A stretch of DNA of 64,000 nt from a virus (taxonomy: Duplodnaviria > Caudoviricetes). Below the pieces are notes generated by a model. That model was not told where the DNA came from, searched no databases, and saw nothing but the letters and a program-made list of their open reading frames with translations. This document shows positions 39,793 through 49,340 of the stretch, in pieces. The position numbers were made by a program, and so were the translations under genes. The first letter of the stretch is position 1; each line of letters opens with the position of its first letter. The stretch lies in IMG/VR virus record IMGVR_UViG_3300033463_000110, positions 1,587 to 65,586 of that record; one strand, 5' to 3'.

Positions 39793-39954
39793 CTATCGTA
39801 TGTCTTGCAATGCAATCTCGCTAATGCGCTTGCAATGCGGGCAACGGACGGAAAGGCGAAGCCGCCCGGAGAGTTCCTGAACCCTTACCGGGAACGGCTT
39901 TTTGCACAGGGGGCAGTTGATCTGCACCCCCTTGTTTTCCGCCTTTTCATCCAT
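39793..39954 (-). CDS. small Zn-finger protein (Mu Com-like)
   Basis: INCPLCKK...VRCPHCKRI in 53 aa. Confidence 0.65.
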   Translation of the reverse strand: MDEKAENKGVQINCPLCKKPFPVRVQELSGRLRLSVRCPHCKRISEIALQDIR

Positions 39955-40038
39955 ACACGGGCAAATATATCCTTTCCAAATCAATACACCCCAATAATTA
40001 TTGATTTGTATTGATACGAACTTCGCACCTTTGCGGTG

Positions 40039-41694
40039 ATGACGGATACTTCGGTCATAGACGAGCGCCAATATCTCGACCCCGTGTTCCTCCAATACGG
40101 GATGGAGGTGTATTCCACGGAGTACATCGACATGCTGCGGAAGGAGAACCTCGAACTCAAGCAGAAAGGCAAGCGTTCGTACAACCTCGTCCCCCAGGCG
40201 GGGTTCCAGGAGAAGGTGCTGACGAGCCTCGCGGACATCGTGATATGCGGCGGAGTTCGCGGCGCCGGAAAAACGGCTGTCGGTCTTATCGGCGGTTTCT
40301 ACTACGCCGACAACCCAGACGTGAACCTCTACGGCTTCCGCCGTTATGAGGCGGACGTCAAGCGAGGCATCTGGAAATCCTGTAAGCCCCTTTACCGTGG
40401 CTTCGCCAACTTCGCGGACACGTCCTTTGAGGCGAAGTTCTTCAACGGAAACGGCGCTACGATGAAAATGGAACACCTCGCCGACCTGTCGAAGGTGAAA
40501 GACCGTTTCCGTGGTGCGGAAATGCCGTACATCGTCATCGAGGAGCTCGCGGAGTTCACGAAGGAGTCGATGTCCGTCATCTTCGATTTGATAGGATCGA
40601 ACCGAAGCACCGCCGGTGTCCGCCCCCGTTTCATCTGCACCTGCAACCCCGTAGGGCGATCCAACAAACTGCGCTGGTTCCTCGAATGGTGGATAGACCC
40701 GGAGACGGACGAGGCCATACCCGCCCGGTCCGGCAAGATACGCTACTTCTGCCGTTATGGTGAGGACGTCATGGAAATCGCCTGGGGAGACACCCCGGAG
40801 GAGGTCTATGCCAACCCAAACGCCAAAAGGAAGATACAATCCCTGACAGACAACGCCGATGAGGACTACGCGAACTTCATCACTTCGGTCACTTTCATAG
40901 ACGGCGACTTCGCGGAGAACAAGATACTCCAGGTGTCCGACCCGAAGTATATGAACCGCATATCGTCCGGCGGATCGAAATCGGTCATCAACGACATCCG
41001 TGGCGTATGGCGGGACGTTGATGACACGGGAGCGCTGATCTCCATGTCCGACATGAACCGTTTCTTCGAAAACGCGCCACAGGTGAACGGAGTGCGGTGC
41101 GGGGGAGGGGACATCGCCCTCCGCGACGACTGGCTCGTCCTCTGGGCGATGGACGGCATGCACATCATCGACCTTTTTGCCAAGCGGTACGTCACATCCG
41201 AAGACGTAGTTCCTATCATCCTCGGTTTCCTGAAAAAGAACGACATACCGAAAGAGAACTTCGCCTTCGATGTGAACGGCATCGGAAACTGGCTCAAGCA
41301 GAGCGAGGACATGCGCGGGTGCTTCGGTTTCGACAACAAGGCACCGGCGAAGGACAAGACATCATACAACACCAGGAAATCCGAGTGCGCCGGTATGCTT
41401 GTGGACGCCATCCAGAACGGGCAGCTATCCATCGAGGAGAGCATTCTCCGGCAGACGTACACGGAGAAAAGGATACCGTTCACGGTCCGGGACAAGCTCG
41501 TAGAGGAAAGGATCGCCATCAAGTGGAAAGAGGACGAGAACCCCAAGGCGCTAATCAAGAAATCCGATATGAAGGCGCTGATAGGACATTCACCGGACTG
41601 GATTGAGGCCCTCCTGTACTGCCTCGACCGCGTGGACAACGCCAAGCGGACCCGCAAGGTGCGCCGTGGCAACTGGAGCTACTTTGGAATGTAG
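40039..41694 (+). CDS. terminase large subunit
   Basis: PQAGFQE, Walker A GGVRGAGKT, Walker B IVIEEL, CTCNP coupling motif, nuclease GGDIA and HSPDW. Confidence 0.92.
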   Translation: MTDTSVIDERQYLDPVFLQYGMEVYSTEYIDMLRKENLELKQKGKRSYNLVPQAGFQEKVLTSLADIVICGGVRGAGKTAVGLIGGFYYADNPDVNLYGFRRYEADVKRGIWKSCKPLYRGFANFADTSFEAKFFNGNGATMKMEHLADLSKVKDRFRGAEMPYIVIEELAEFTKESMSVIFDLIGSNRSTAGVRPRFICTCNPVGRSNKLRWFLEWWIDPETDEAIPARSGKIRYFCRYGEDVMEIAWGDTPEEVYANPNAKRKIQSLTDNADEDYANFITSVTFIDGDFAENKILQVSDPKYMNRISSGGSKSVINDIRGVWRDVDDTGALISMSDMNRFFENAPQVNGVRCGGGDIALRDDWLVLWAMDGMHIIDLFAKRYVTSEDVVPIILGFLKKNDIPKENFAFDVNGIGNWLKQSEDMRGCFGFDNKAPAKDKTSYNTRKSECAGMLVDAIQNGQLSIEESILRQTYTEKRIPFTVRDKLVEERIAIKWKEDENPKALIKKSDMKALIGHSPDWIEALLYCLDRVDNAKRTRKVRRGNWSYFGM

Positions 41695-41717
41695 AACGAA
41701 TTAAAATACACAATGAC

Positions 41718-43238
41718 ATGAGACTCATACCCTCCATAGGGAAGATGACCCCGGAGCAGATAATGCGGAAACGCCCGTTCGCGGTCCCCGTCCCCTCCGG
41801 CGTCGTCGGGGCCGCCCCCATCATCAATCCCGCAACCGCCTATGCCGTGCCACTCGACAACGTGGCGCGGGAGCTGCGAACCCAATCCGACTTCCTGCGA
41901 GAGTACCACACCACCTCGCACAAGATCAACTCCATCAAGTATTACCCGAACACGATGTACGTCAACCGCGAGACGGGCGCGTACCAGGCGAAGGTCCGCA
42001 GCCGGATAGCCATCGGCTTCCAGGAACGCATCCTGACCAAGCGAAAGGAGGCGCTCCTCGGCAACAACGTCGGGATGAAACTCATCTCCGGGGCCACGGA
42101 CAAGGCGATGATAGACCGGCTCGCCTTCCTCCGGGAAGGGTGGGAGGACAAGGATATGGAGGTAGCCGTGAACGCCGCCATCGAGTCCGACTACATGACC
42201 GGCGACGCGGCGGTGTACGTCTATATGGATGAGGGAAAGGTGCGCTGGAGGGTGTTCTCGTTCAAGGACGGGGATGTTCTCTATCCGCATTACGACACCC
42301 TCACCGGAGACCTTACCCTCTTCGGAAGGCTCTACACCCAGACGGACTGGGACGGGAACGCGAGGATGTATCTCGACGTCGTGGACAAGACCCATTTCGT
42401 GACCTACGCGCAGAAGGAGGACAACGAAGGGTGGGACATGGAAGGCTCGCCGGTCCCGCACGGCTTCCCATTCTGCCCCGTCGCCTACCACCGTTCCGAG
42501 GAGGGGCCGGTGTGGAGCGCGTCGCAGTCGCTCATCGACGGGTACGAGGTGGCGATCTCGCAGTTCTCCGAGAACAACGCCGCCTACGCCCTCCGCATAC
42601 TCTACACATTGGGCGGCGACTTCGAGGTAATGTCCAACGTGGACGGCACCCCCTCCCGCATCGACTCCATAGACCCCAACGCGAAGGTGGGCTTCCTCGA
42701 ACCCGCGCAAGGCGCGGACGGGGCGTTCACCGCCCAGCTCGCCATCATGGAGAAGAACATCATGCGTGGCTCCTTCGCCGTCGAAACCCCGGAGATCAAG
42801 TCCGGCGCGGACATGTCATCCCGGACGGTCAAGATGCTGTTCGCGGACTCCTACCTCAAGGCGCTTTCCGACTCGATGGAGTACCAGCCGTTCCTCAACA
42901 GGGTGGCGTACCTTTTCAAGTTCGGCTATTTCCTCGAGAAAGGCCGCGTGAACGAAGTGGAGTCTTTCAACATCAAGACCTATCTCGACCCGTTCATCTT
43001 CCTCTCCGAGAACGACGTCATATCCGCCATCCAGATGCTCGTCACGTCCGGGTGCATGTCGAGAAAGACCGCAACGGAACTGGCGTACAACATCGGATAC
43101 TCATCCCCGGATGAGGTGAACCGCATCCTCCAGGAGGCGCACGACGAACTTGTTGCGGCGGAAACGGCGGGACAAGTCACACAGACGGCGCGACGCGCAA
43201 ATCCGGTAGCGGAAAGCAGGGTCAATGGCGGTCAGTAA
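41718..43238 (+). CDS. portal protein (SPP1 gp6-like)
   Basis: 506 aa after TerL; HGFPFCPVAY, IDGYE and SRKTA motifs. Confidence 0.85.
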   Translation: MRLIPSIGKMTPEQIMRKRPFAVPVPSGVVGAAPIINPATAYAVPLDNVARELRTQSDFLREYHTTSHKINSIKYYPNTMYVNRETGAYQAKVRSRIAIGFQERILTKRKEALLGNNVGMKLISGATDKAMIDRLAFLREGWEDKDMEVAVNAAIESDYMTGDAAVYVYMDEGKVRWRVFSFKDGDVLYPHYDTLTGDLTLFGRLYTQTDWDGNARMYLDVVDKTHFVTYAQKEDNEGWDMEGSPVPHGFPFCPVAYHRSEEGPVWSASQSLIDGYEVAISQFSENNAAYALRILYTLGGDFEVMSNVDGTPSRIDSIDPNAKVGFLEPAQGADGAFTAQLAIMEKNIMRGSFAVETPEIKSGADMSSRTVKMLFADSYLKALSDSMEYQPFLNRVAYLFKFGYFLEKGRVNEVESFNIKTYLDPFIFLSENDVISAIQMLVTSGCMSRKTATELAYNIGYSSPDEVNRILQEAHDELVAAETAGQVTQTARRANPVAESRVNGGQ

Positions 43239-43989
43239 CGAAAGGCTCGTTTCCGGGGCCGCCGCTTTCCGTGGGGATGCATCGCGGGAGTTCGACCGCG
43301 CGGTGCAAGCCCTCCTTGCCCTTGTATGGGCCAAAAGAGTCCCAACGACGGACTTTCGTTTTGCGGACGACGCGGAACTCGACTCGGAGGCGAACGCCGT
43401 TCTGCGGGGACTTTCCGACACGCTCGTTGAAAGGGCGAAGGCAAGGGCCGAGGCCATCATCCGTGAGTCGCTTCCGGAATACGATTTCGGCGATGAATGG
43501 GATGAAGATTGGGACGCTGTGGATGACGAGGATGGAACGACGCTTCTTTGGCGTTTCGACATGGAAGGCTCACACTTGAAGGATTTGTTGGAAATATGGA
43601 TAGCCCTTGCGGTTGCCTACGACATTTCAAAATCCGAACTCCGGGTGCAGATCTCCCGCTATCTCAACAACCCATATTCATCTCCGCTTTGGGGGCGCGT
43701 CCCGAAGGGCGCGTTGTCGTGGGGACGCGGTTACTCGAAGAACATCCTCGAGCAAATCACGGTCATCGGCCAGAACGCGATAGTGGGTGCCACCCGCCGC
43801 GCGGAGCAGCGTGGAGAAAGGCGGAATGGCGCGACCTACTATATCCGGCGTCGCGGAAGCGGTTACGATTGCGATGTGTGCGACGACCTCGCCGGTTATC
43901 CCATACCGATTGAGGAGCCGTTCTACATTCCGCACTCAAGGTGTATGTGTTACCCCGAATATCACAACGGACCGATACCCAATGTTTAA
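43225..43989 (+). CDS. minor head / MuF-like morphogenesis protein
   Basis: After portal; C-terminal CDVCDDL...PHSRCMC. Confidence 0.7.
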   Translation: MAVSNERLVSGAAAFRGDASREFDRAVQALLALVWAKRVPTTDFRFADDAELDSEANAVLRGLSDTLVERAKARAEAIIRESLPEYDFGDEWDEDWDAVDDEDGTTLLWRFDMEGSHLKDLLEIWIALAVAYDISKSELRVQISRYLNNPYSSPLWGRVPKGALSWGRGYSKNILEQITVIGQNAIVGATRRAEQRGERRNGATYYIRRRGSGYDCDVCDDLAGYPIPIEEPFYIPHSRCMCYPEYHNGPIPNV

Positions 43990-44383
43990 GTTCAACCCCA
44001 AGCACAAGTTCAACAACAAGAAGATGGAGACCCCTGACGGGACGTTCGACTCGAAAGGGGAGTGGGAGAGGTGGCTGTTCTTGAAGGAGGCCCTCAAAAA
44101 CGGCCAAATAAGCGACCTTCGCCGCCAGGTCAAGTACACCCTCATCCCGACCCAATACCGCACGGAAATAGTACACTTAAAGACCAAAGACAAGGAGGTT
44201 CAAAGGGTCGCGGAAAGGGAGATAACATACACGGCGGATTTCGTCTATGAGAAGGACGGGGAAACGGTGGTGGAAGATTTCAAGGGGTTCCCGAACGACC
44301 GTTGGCCGCTCAAGAAGGCGATGATGCTCTATTTCCACGGGGTTGCGATACGCGAAGTGAAAAAACCGACCGAGCCGATTTGA
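43982..44383 (+). CDS. DUF1064-family nuclease-like protein
   Basis: KFNNKK, FDSKGE, ISDLRRQVKY, YTADFVY, VEDFKG. Confidence 0.85.
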   Translation: MFKFNPKHKFNNKKMETPDGTFDSKGEWERWLFLKEALKNGQISDLRRQVKYTLIPTQYRTEIVHLKTKDKEVQRVAEREITYTADFVYEKDGETVVEDFKGFPNDRWPLKKAMMLYFHGVAIREVKKPTEPI

Positions 44384-44478
44384 TTTACTCGCGGAAATGC
44401 GTATCTTTGTTGCGGCGCAGTGATTGTGCTACATAACTCAAAAGGTTTGGTCCCGCCCGTCAGGCGGGGCCTTTTTTA
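44379..44478 (+). promoter_or_regulatory. promoter TTTG-N19-TATCTTTG followed about 40 nt later by a terminator hairpin
   Basis: TTTG 44379-44382, TATCTTTG 44402-44409, GGTCCCGCC/GGCGGGGCC plus T6 at 44449-44476. Confidence 0.6.
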
Positions 44479-44787
44479 GTTCGCGGCTTTCTTCTCGTCG
44501 TCCTTCTTCCCCGCGACCGACTCCGGGTCTATCCCGTTCGTCCTCATCCACGCGGTCATCCGGCGGTAGCGCACAAGGAGTGTGTCCAGGGCCTCGAACG
44601 CCTGGGGCATCGGCGTCGCGTCAATCGTCTCGTCGTGCATCGTGTAGCGGGGGATCTCCGGCATGGCACAGGCGAGGATGACGTGTTCGGCGAAGCGCTC
44701 GTACTTGCAGAGCATGTTCTCCGCGTCGAGCGCCTGGGCGAAAACCTCGTCCAGCCCCGTAATCTCAATCGTCGGCTTGTCTTTCAT
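44476..44787 (-). CDS. hypothetical protein
   Basis: ORF track. Confidence 0.65.
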   Translation of the reverse strand: MKDKPTIEITGLDEVFAQALDAENMLCKYERFAEHVILACAMPEIPRYTMHDETIDATPMPQAFEALDTLLVRYRRMTAWMRTNGIDPESVAGKKDDEKKAAN

Positions 44788-44856
44788 TGTTCATCAGTTC
44801 TTGTCTTTCTATATATAACCTACGATAACGCATTGACAACCAATTCGGGTGGGCGT

Positions 44857-45063
44857 TTACAGTTTCTCTATTTCTTCATCAATTTCTCCCAACTCACGCT
44901 CCGCGATGGCAACGATTTCCGGCAACCATTGTGTCGGAACCGTCAAGTTCGTCGTCCCGAAACGATTGTTCTCGTAACGGGAACGCATCGTGAGGATGGA
45001 CGCCTTCAAGTCGTCGCGCCTCGCATACAGGCGACAGACGAGCTTCGCTTTCTCTATTTCCAT
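44857..45063 (-). CDS. hypothetical protein
   Basis: ORF track. Confidence 0.6.
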   Translation of the reverse strand: MEIEKAKLVCRLYARRDDLKASILTMRSRYENNRFGTTNLTVPTQWLPEIVAIAERELGEIDEEIEKL

Positions 45064-45086
45064 ATCGTTGTATTTTAGTGAGTTAT

Positions 45087-45377
45087 CTATCCGTCAATCT
45101 CCACCTTCTCGAAGATGGAGGCGCGGTCAACAAACCAGACGTTCTTCCCGTCCATCCGGTCCCAGGAGGAGCATTGGATGTCGTTGCAGTTGAGCATCAC
45201 CGTCTCGCCGTTTATCACTTTCCTCCCGCGAGAGAACCAACACCCCTTGCAGGCCGCCGAAACGCTCGCCACACGGGGCCTTCGGACGCATACGAGCCGA
45301 ACCCCGTACCTTGTGAACTCCTCCCCTATGGGAACATACCGGGTGGGGAGCCCGTCGAAATTATAGTTACCATCCAT
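45087..45377 (-). CDS. Cys-containing hypothetical protein
   Basis: CKGCWF...CNDIQCSSWDRMDGKNVWF. Confidence 0.65.
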   Translation of the reverse strand: MDGNYNFDGLPTRYVPIGEEFTRYGVRLVCVRRPRVASVSAACKGCWFSRGRKVINGETVMLNCNDIQCSSWDRMDGKNVWFVDRASIFEKVEIDG

Positions 45378-45511
45378 GACCGCAAAGATAAATAGAAAAT
45401 CAATACAAGCCAATAAAGATTGATGCTTATTGACCGAAAAATGTTAACAAAAACTTGCCGTAGTGAAAACAAAACTTTATCTTTGCACGAAATGTAAAAT
45501 TTATTTGAGTT

Positions 45512-45805
45512 ATGGACATCAAAGAAAACGTGCGCTATATCCTCGAAAAGCGCGGAATGACACAGGTTGACCTCGCGAGAACACTCGGTGTATCGAAAAC
45601 GGCGGTAGGATACTACCTCCGGGGGAACATCACAATCGGGAACTTGCAGAAGATCGCCGACGCCCTTAACACCACCGTCGAAACCATCGTCTCCGAAACG
45701 CCCCTCTACGCCAAACACGAACCTATCCAAGAGAAGGGGAGAGTCACCACCACCACCCTGACATGCCCCCACTGCGGAAAGGAAATCACCATCATCGCAA
45801 AGTAG
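45512..45805 (+). CDS. Cro/C1-type HTH regulator with C-terminal CxxC
   Basis: MTQVDLARTLGVSKTAV, LQKIADAL, TCPHCGK; own promoter TATCTTTG at 45478. Confidence 0.88.
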   Translation: MDIKENVRYILEKRGMTQVDLARTLGVSKTAVGYYLRGNITIGNLQKIADALNTTVETIVSETPLYAKHEPIQEKGRVTTTTLTCPHCGKEITIIAK

Positions 45806-45854
45806 GCAAGTCAATACAAGTCAATCTTTGTTTGCTCGTTTTTGTCTTTTTTGC

Positions 45855-45956
45855 TAACTTCGTAGCCGAACGACGAACAAGGACATATACGGGGAGACCC
45901 GACAACAAGACCCTGGCATCATTGTCGTCGTTCGATGCCGGGGTCTTTTGTTTTTA
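45855..45956 (+). promoter_or_regulatory. attenuator-like leader of the HNH gene
   Basis: Stem 45907-45920/45934-45947 plus T-rich tail. 45867-45876 is the exact complement of 45925-45934. Confidence 0.55.
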
Positions 45957-45962
45957 TGAGGC

Positions 45963-46583
45963 ATGAGCAAAAACTCACAAATCGAGATGCTGGCGCGGGT
46001 AATCGCACTTGCCCTGTCGGACGGCGACACACAAAGGGCGGAAGAAATCATCGCATGGGCAGCTTCCGGCAAGACCGAAAAGACCGAGAAGAAACCAAGA
46101 GACCGAACCGCAACGTTCGTAAAAAAGTACCTTTCTCCAAACGCGCCCTATGACAAGGAGAAGATCGAACGTTTTATAAACCAAAACATTGTTAAAACGC
46201 CGAACGGAGTTGATTTTCAAGTGGTGAGAAACAGGATTGGGAATATGCCGTATGCGGATTTTCTTAAAACGATCTACTGGCGCGGCCTGTCGCTTTTTGT
46301 CAAACGACGGGACGGGTGGAAATGCACCGAGTGTGGCTCAACGGAGAGGGTTGAGGTACATCACAAAACCTATGAGAACCACGGGGCGGAAATCATCCAT
46401 CTTGAGGACATGACAACCCTTTGTGAGAAATGCCACAAGAAGGCCCACGGAAGAAACGAGGAGAAAGAAAAGAAGGGACAAGCACAGACAACAGCAATGC
46501 CGACGGCACCGAGACCGAGGAGGAAACCCAAAACCGGGTCGGCGCTTTCGTTGGCGGACATCCTGGGAGACAATAATTCCTAA
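45963..46583 (+). CDS. HNH endonuclease domain protein
   Basis: RDGWKCTECG...VEVHHKTY...TTLCEKCHKKAH. Confidence 0.85.
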   Translation: MSKNSQIEMLARVIALALSDGDTQRAEEIIAWAASGKTEKTEKKPRDRTATFVKKYLSPNAPYDKEKIERFINQNIVKTPNGVDFQVVRNRIGNMPYADFLKTIYWRGLSLFVKRRDGWKCTECGSTERVEVHHKTYENHGAEIIHLEDMTTLCEKCHKKAHGRNEEKEKKGQAQTTAMPTAPRPRRKPKTGSALSLADILGDNNS

Positions 46584-46586
46584 CCC

Positions 46587-46868
46587 GTGGAAACGTACAT
46601 CAAGCTCTACGACTCCATCCTTTCACTCGACCTCCCCTGGGACGAACGCATCGCCCTTGCCCTTATCCGACAAATGACCGAACCCGGCGACGGCTTCTGG
46701 GCCGGGTACAAAGCCCTGGCCGAACGACTCCATATCCCCAAGTCACGGTGCAAGGCAATCATCCAACACCTCGCACAAATCGGCGCGGTCGAAATCACAC
46801 ACGAAACAATCCTCAAAAAATCACGCATCGTCATCCGAACAAAAACACACTTTTTCGACAAAAAGTGA
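46587..46868 (+). CDS. small winged-helix protein
   Basis: GYKALAERLHIPKSRCKAIIQHL; GTG start. Confidence 0.6.
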   Translation: METYIKLYDSILSLDLPWDERIALALIRQMTEPGDGFWAGYKALAERLHIPKSRCKAIIQHLAQIGAVEITHETILKKSRIVIRTKTHFFDKK

Positions 46869-47424
46869 CTCGCGCATGCGCTCGCCAGCGTGTTACGATA
46901 CGCGTGGGTGCGAGTATTACAAGATATAATATATCTAATCACTTTCTTTTTTTGAGAGTACACTAAGAGATGATAAACCGAGAGAGATAAATCTCTCTCT
47001 GCCAACTTTTCTTTTTTTGTTTTGGACGTTAAAACTACAAAATGCTATATCTTGCAAAAACGCCCTTTTAAGACGCTTTCTCCTCGCAAGACGATAAATC
47101 CCTCGTCCAATGTGAGAAAACGCGCCAAAACGCCTTAAAACGCCCAAAGAAACGAAATCACGACAACGAGTCAAAACCGTCAAGCGAAATGACAACGAAA
47201 TCACGCTTAAAGCATGGTAAATAAAAAAATTTAGTAAGGGGCGAAGGGGACAAAGAAAAAAAAGAAAAACAAAAAGTTTGAGAGGACACACCCCGCCCGT
47301 CGTTCGCCCCTACTTTCCCCCCCGCCCCCCCCGCTCAGCCCGTCGCTCGTGAGTCGTTTTTCGGTCCCGTCCCGGCGCCCGTTCCGTCGGTTACATTATA
47401 CCCTATATTGTAACCTTTTCCGGG

Positions 47425-47943
47425 CTATTTTTTACCCTTTTCCCGGGCTTTTTGGTACAGTGGGCAGTCAGTACATGCCTGCGGAAGGTACGCGCGTACA
47501 GTCCGCCCTTCCCGCGCGGCGTCCCGGTCCGCTTTTTGCGCCTGGATAATTACTTTCAATGCATCCAGCGCCTCCCCTGGATCATCCGCCGTGTTTACTA
47601 ATTCATTTAGTTTGGCCTGCTGTGCCGCCGGGCTGGAATAATCCACGAATTTAGAATTTTTCAAAATAGGCGTTTTTTCTGCGCGGACACGATCCTCCCC
47701 CTGTTCCGCCCTTTGTGCCTGTTCCATTTCTTTTTTTCGTTTTTCCAGGTCCTGGCAAAGGTTAGTAATTTTTTCCATCCCCTTCCATTTTGAGACGGTA
47801 TTACGATTTATATCGTAAACTTGTTTATCTTTTATACCGTCGGCTATTGCATACAGGAGTGTCCAGTCCTGGCACCCGCCGAAAACATGGTAATAAACGG
47901 CGGCTATTTCGCCCGGGGTTAGTCGTTTGTTAATAAGGGCCAT
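47425..47943 (-). CDS. hypothetical protein, possible terminase small subunit
   Basis: N-terminal helical DNA-binding-like region (NRNTVSKWK), helical oligomerisation-like region, CTDC tail. No other TerS candidate was seen. Confidence 0.45.
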   Translation of the reverse strand: MALINKRLTPGEIAAVYYHVFGGCQDWTLLYAIADGIKDKQVYDINRNTVSKWKGMEKITNLCQDLEKRKKEMEQAQRAEQGEDRVRAEKTPILKNSKFVDYSSPAAQQAKLNELVNTADDPGEALDALKVIIQAQKADRDAAREGRTVRAYLPQACTDCPLYQKAREKGKK

Positions 47944-48351
47944 TTGTGCAGCGTTTTGGCACAAATATAGTGCTTTTCGTGGACCTTTGCAAAGGGTTAA
48001 AAATACCCTTTTGGTCAGCCTTACAAAAAGATGCTCGTAACTGCTTGAAAATACGATACTTATAGCGATATTTTTACTTTTATCGAATTACGATAATTTT
48101 GCCTACAATCGACGATCGCCCTGCGGCTGGTACAATGATACATTTTTCAAATTTGAGTCGAAATACAAACGTTTGTACGGGCTTTTTCAATTTTTTGTAT
48201 TATGTTGGTACGGTTAAAAAAGATTTTTACCTTGTTTTGGGGTGGAAATAGCCTACAAAGATAGCCCCGGATTGACTGCGCCGGGCGCCGCCGTTCCGGG
48301 TGATGCTGTTCCGGTCCGCCAGTGTCAGCCTGCATACCCGCGCCCGCTTAC

Positions 48352-48860
48352 ATGCGTACATGCATGAGCCCTTTGGTCAGGTCCGCGCCCCTGGGGCTGG
48401 ACGTCCGCCGCCCGTGTCGATCCCTTCCTTCCGTCGGTCCGGACCTTTGCGCCCGCCCGGGGTTATGCGTACACGGGTGCAGGCATTATGCGTACATGCG
48501 TACACGCGTGAGGGTGTCTTGCAATCCGTTCCGGGGGAAATGTTGATACATGCCCGCAAAGGGCATTTATTTTGCTTTTGGCGGCATTTCGGACAAAATA
48601 CGATAAATCCCTCGGAAATGCACCCGGGGCGAAATACGGCCTATTTCCGCGCCCTTTTCGCGTATCGTTCCCGGGCGCCCTGGAAAATAGCCCTATTTCT
48701 AAAAATTTTTCATTACTCACGGACGGCGGGATTTTTTGGCTCGAAAAAACTTTTAACCATAAAGCCAAATTTTTTTGTTTTGAAAATCGGCCTTCTATGC
48801 ACCCAGGAGGCCGTTTTTGCGCTTTTTTCGTTACTCACTGAAAAAAACTTTTAACCATAA
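48352..48860. repeat. short direct repeats in the non-coding region
   Basis: ATGCGTACA at 48352, 48465, 48488 and 48496; AAAAAACTTTTAACCATAA at 48744 and 48842. Confidence 0.7.
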
Positions 48861-48871
48861 GGTAAAATATA

Positions 48872-48903
48872 TTTGCACGGTTAAATGAAATATTGTAACT
48901 TTG
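48872..48903 (+). promoter_or_regulatory. Bacteroidetes sigma-70 promoter for the early array
   Basis: TTTG 48872-48875, N20, TAACTTTG 48896-48903. Confidence 0.8.
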
Positions 48904-48909
48904 CCCTCG

Positions 48910-49340
48910 GAAGGTCCGGAAAACCGGAAACGGAACACGGCCTGCCTGACACGACGGAAAGCAACGCCGATGTGCGAAAAAAGCCGGAAACGGTCGCGAA
49001 ACGTTTACGCCGCGTGGGAGGCCTAATTGACTGGCCCGGCCTACATTAAGACAGCGAGCCATCCGACGGCGTGAGCCGGGGTGCATGGAAAAAGTTGCTT
49101 TTCCACGCTGGGAACCGAAATGCAACCCGCTTCGATCGTGGATTATTCCACGATAACACGGGACCGAAAACACGGGCTTTTGTTTTGCCCGGTCCGACGT
49201 CCCCGCGCGACAACTCAAAAAGTTAGATTTAGTTTGTTTTCATTTCCGCCCGGGGTTGCAATCGTGCAGCCCCGGTTAATCGTTCAAACATTGACACGTT
49301 TTTACGGTTCCATGTTAAACAATCTAAAATCTTTTGAGTT
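48910..49340 (+). ncRNA. candidate structured leader RNA (about 430 nt)
   Basis: Several hairpins between the promoter and first ATG, e.g. ATCGTGGA-ttat-TCCACGAT and CCGGGGTTGCA-atcg-TGCAGCCCCGG; no credible ORF. Confidence 0.4.

Noticed and set aside
39793-41163. 456-aa minus-strand ORF
   Set aside because: Antisense shadow of terminase; only the last 53 codons (Zn finger) look real.
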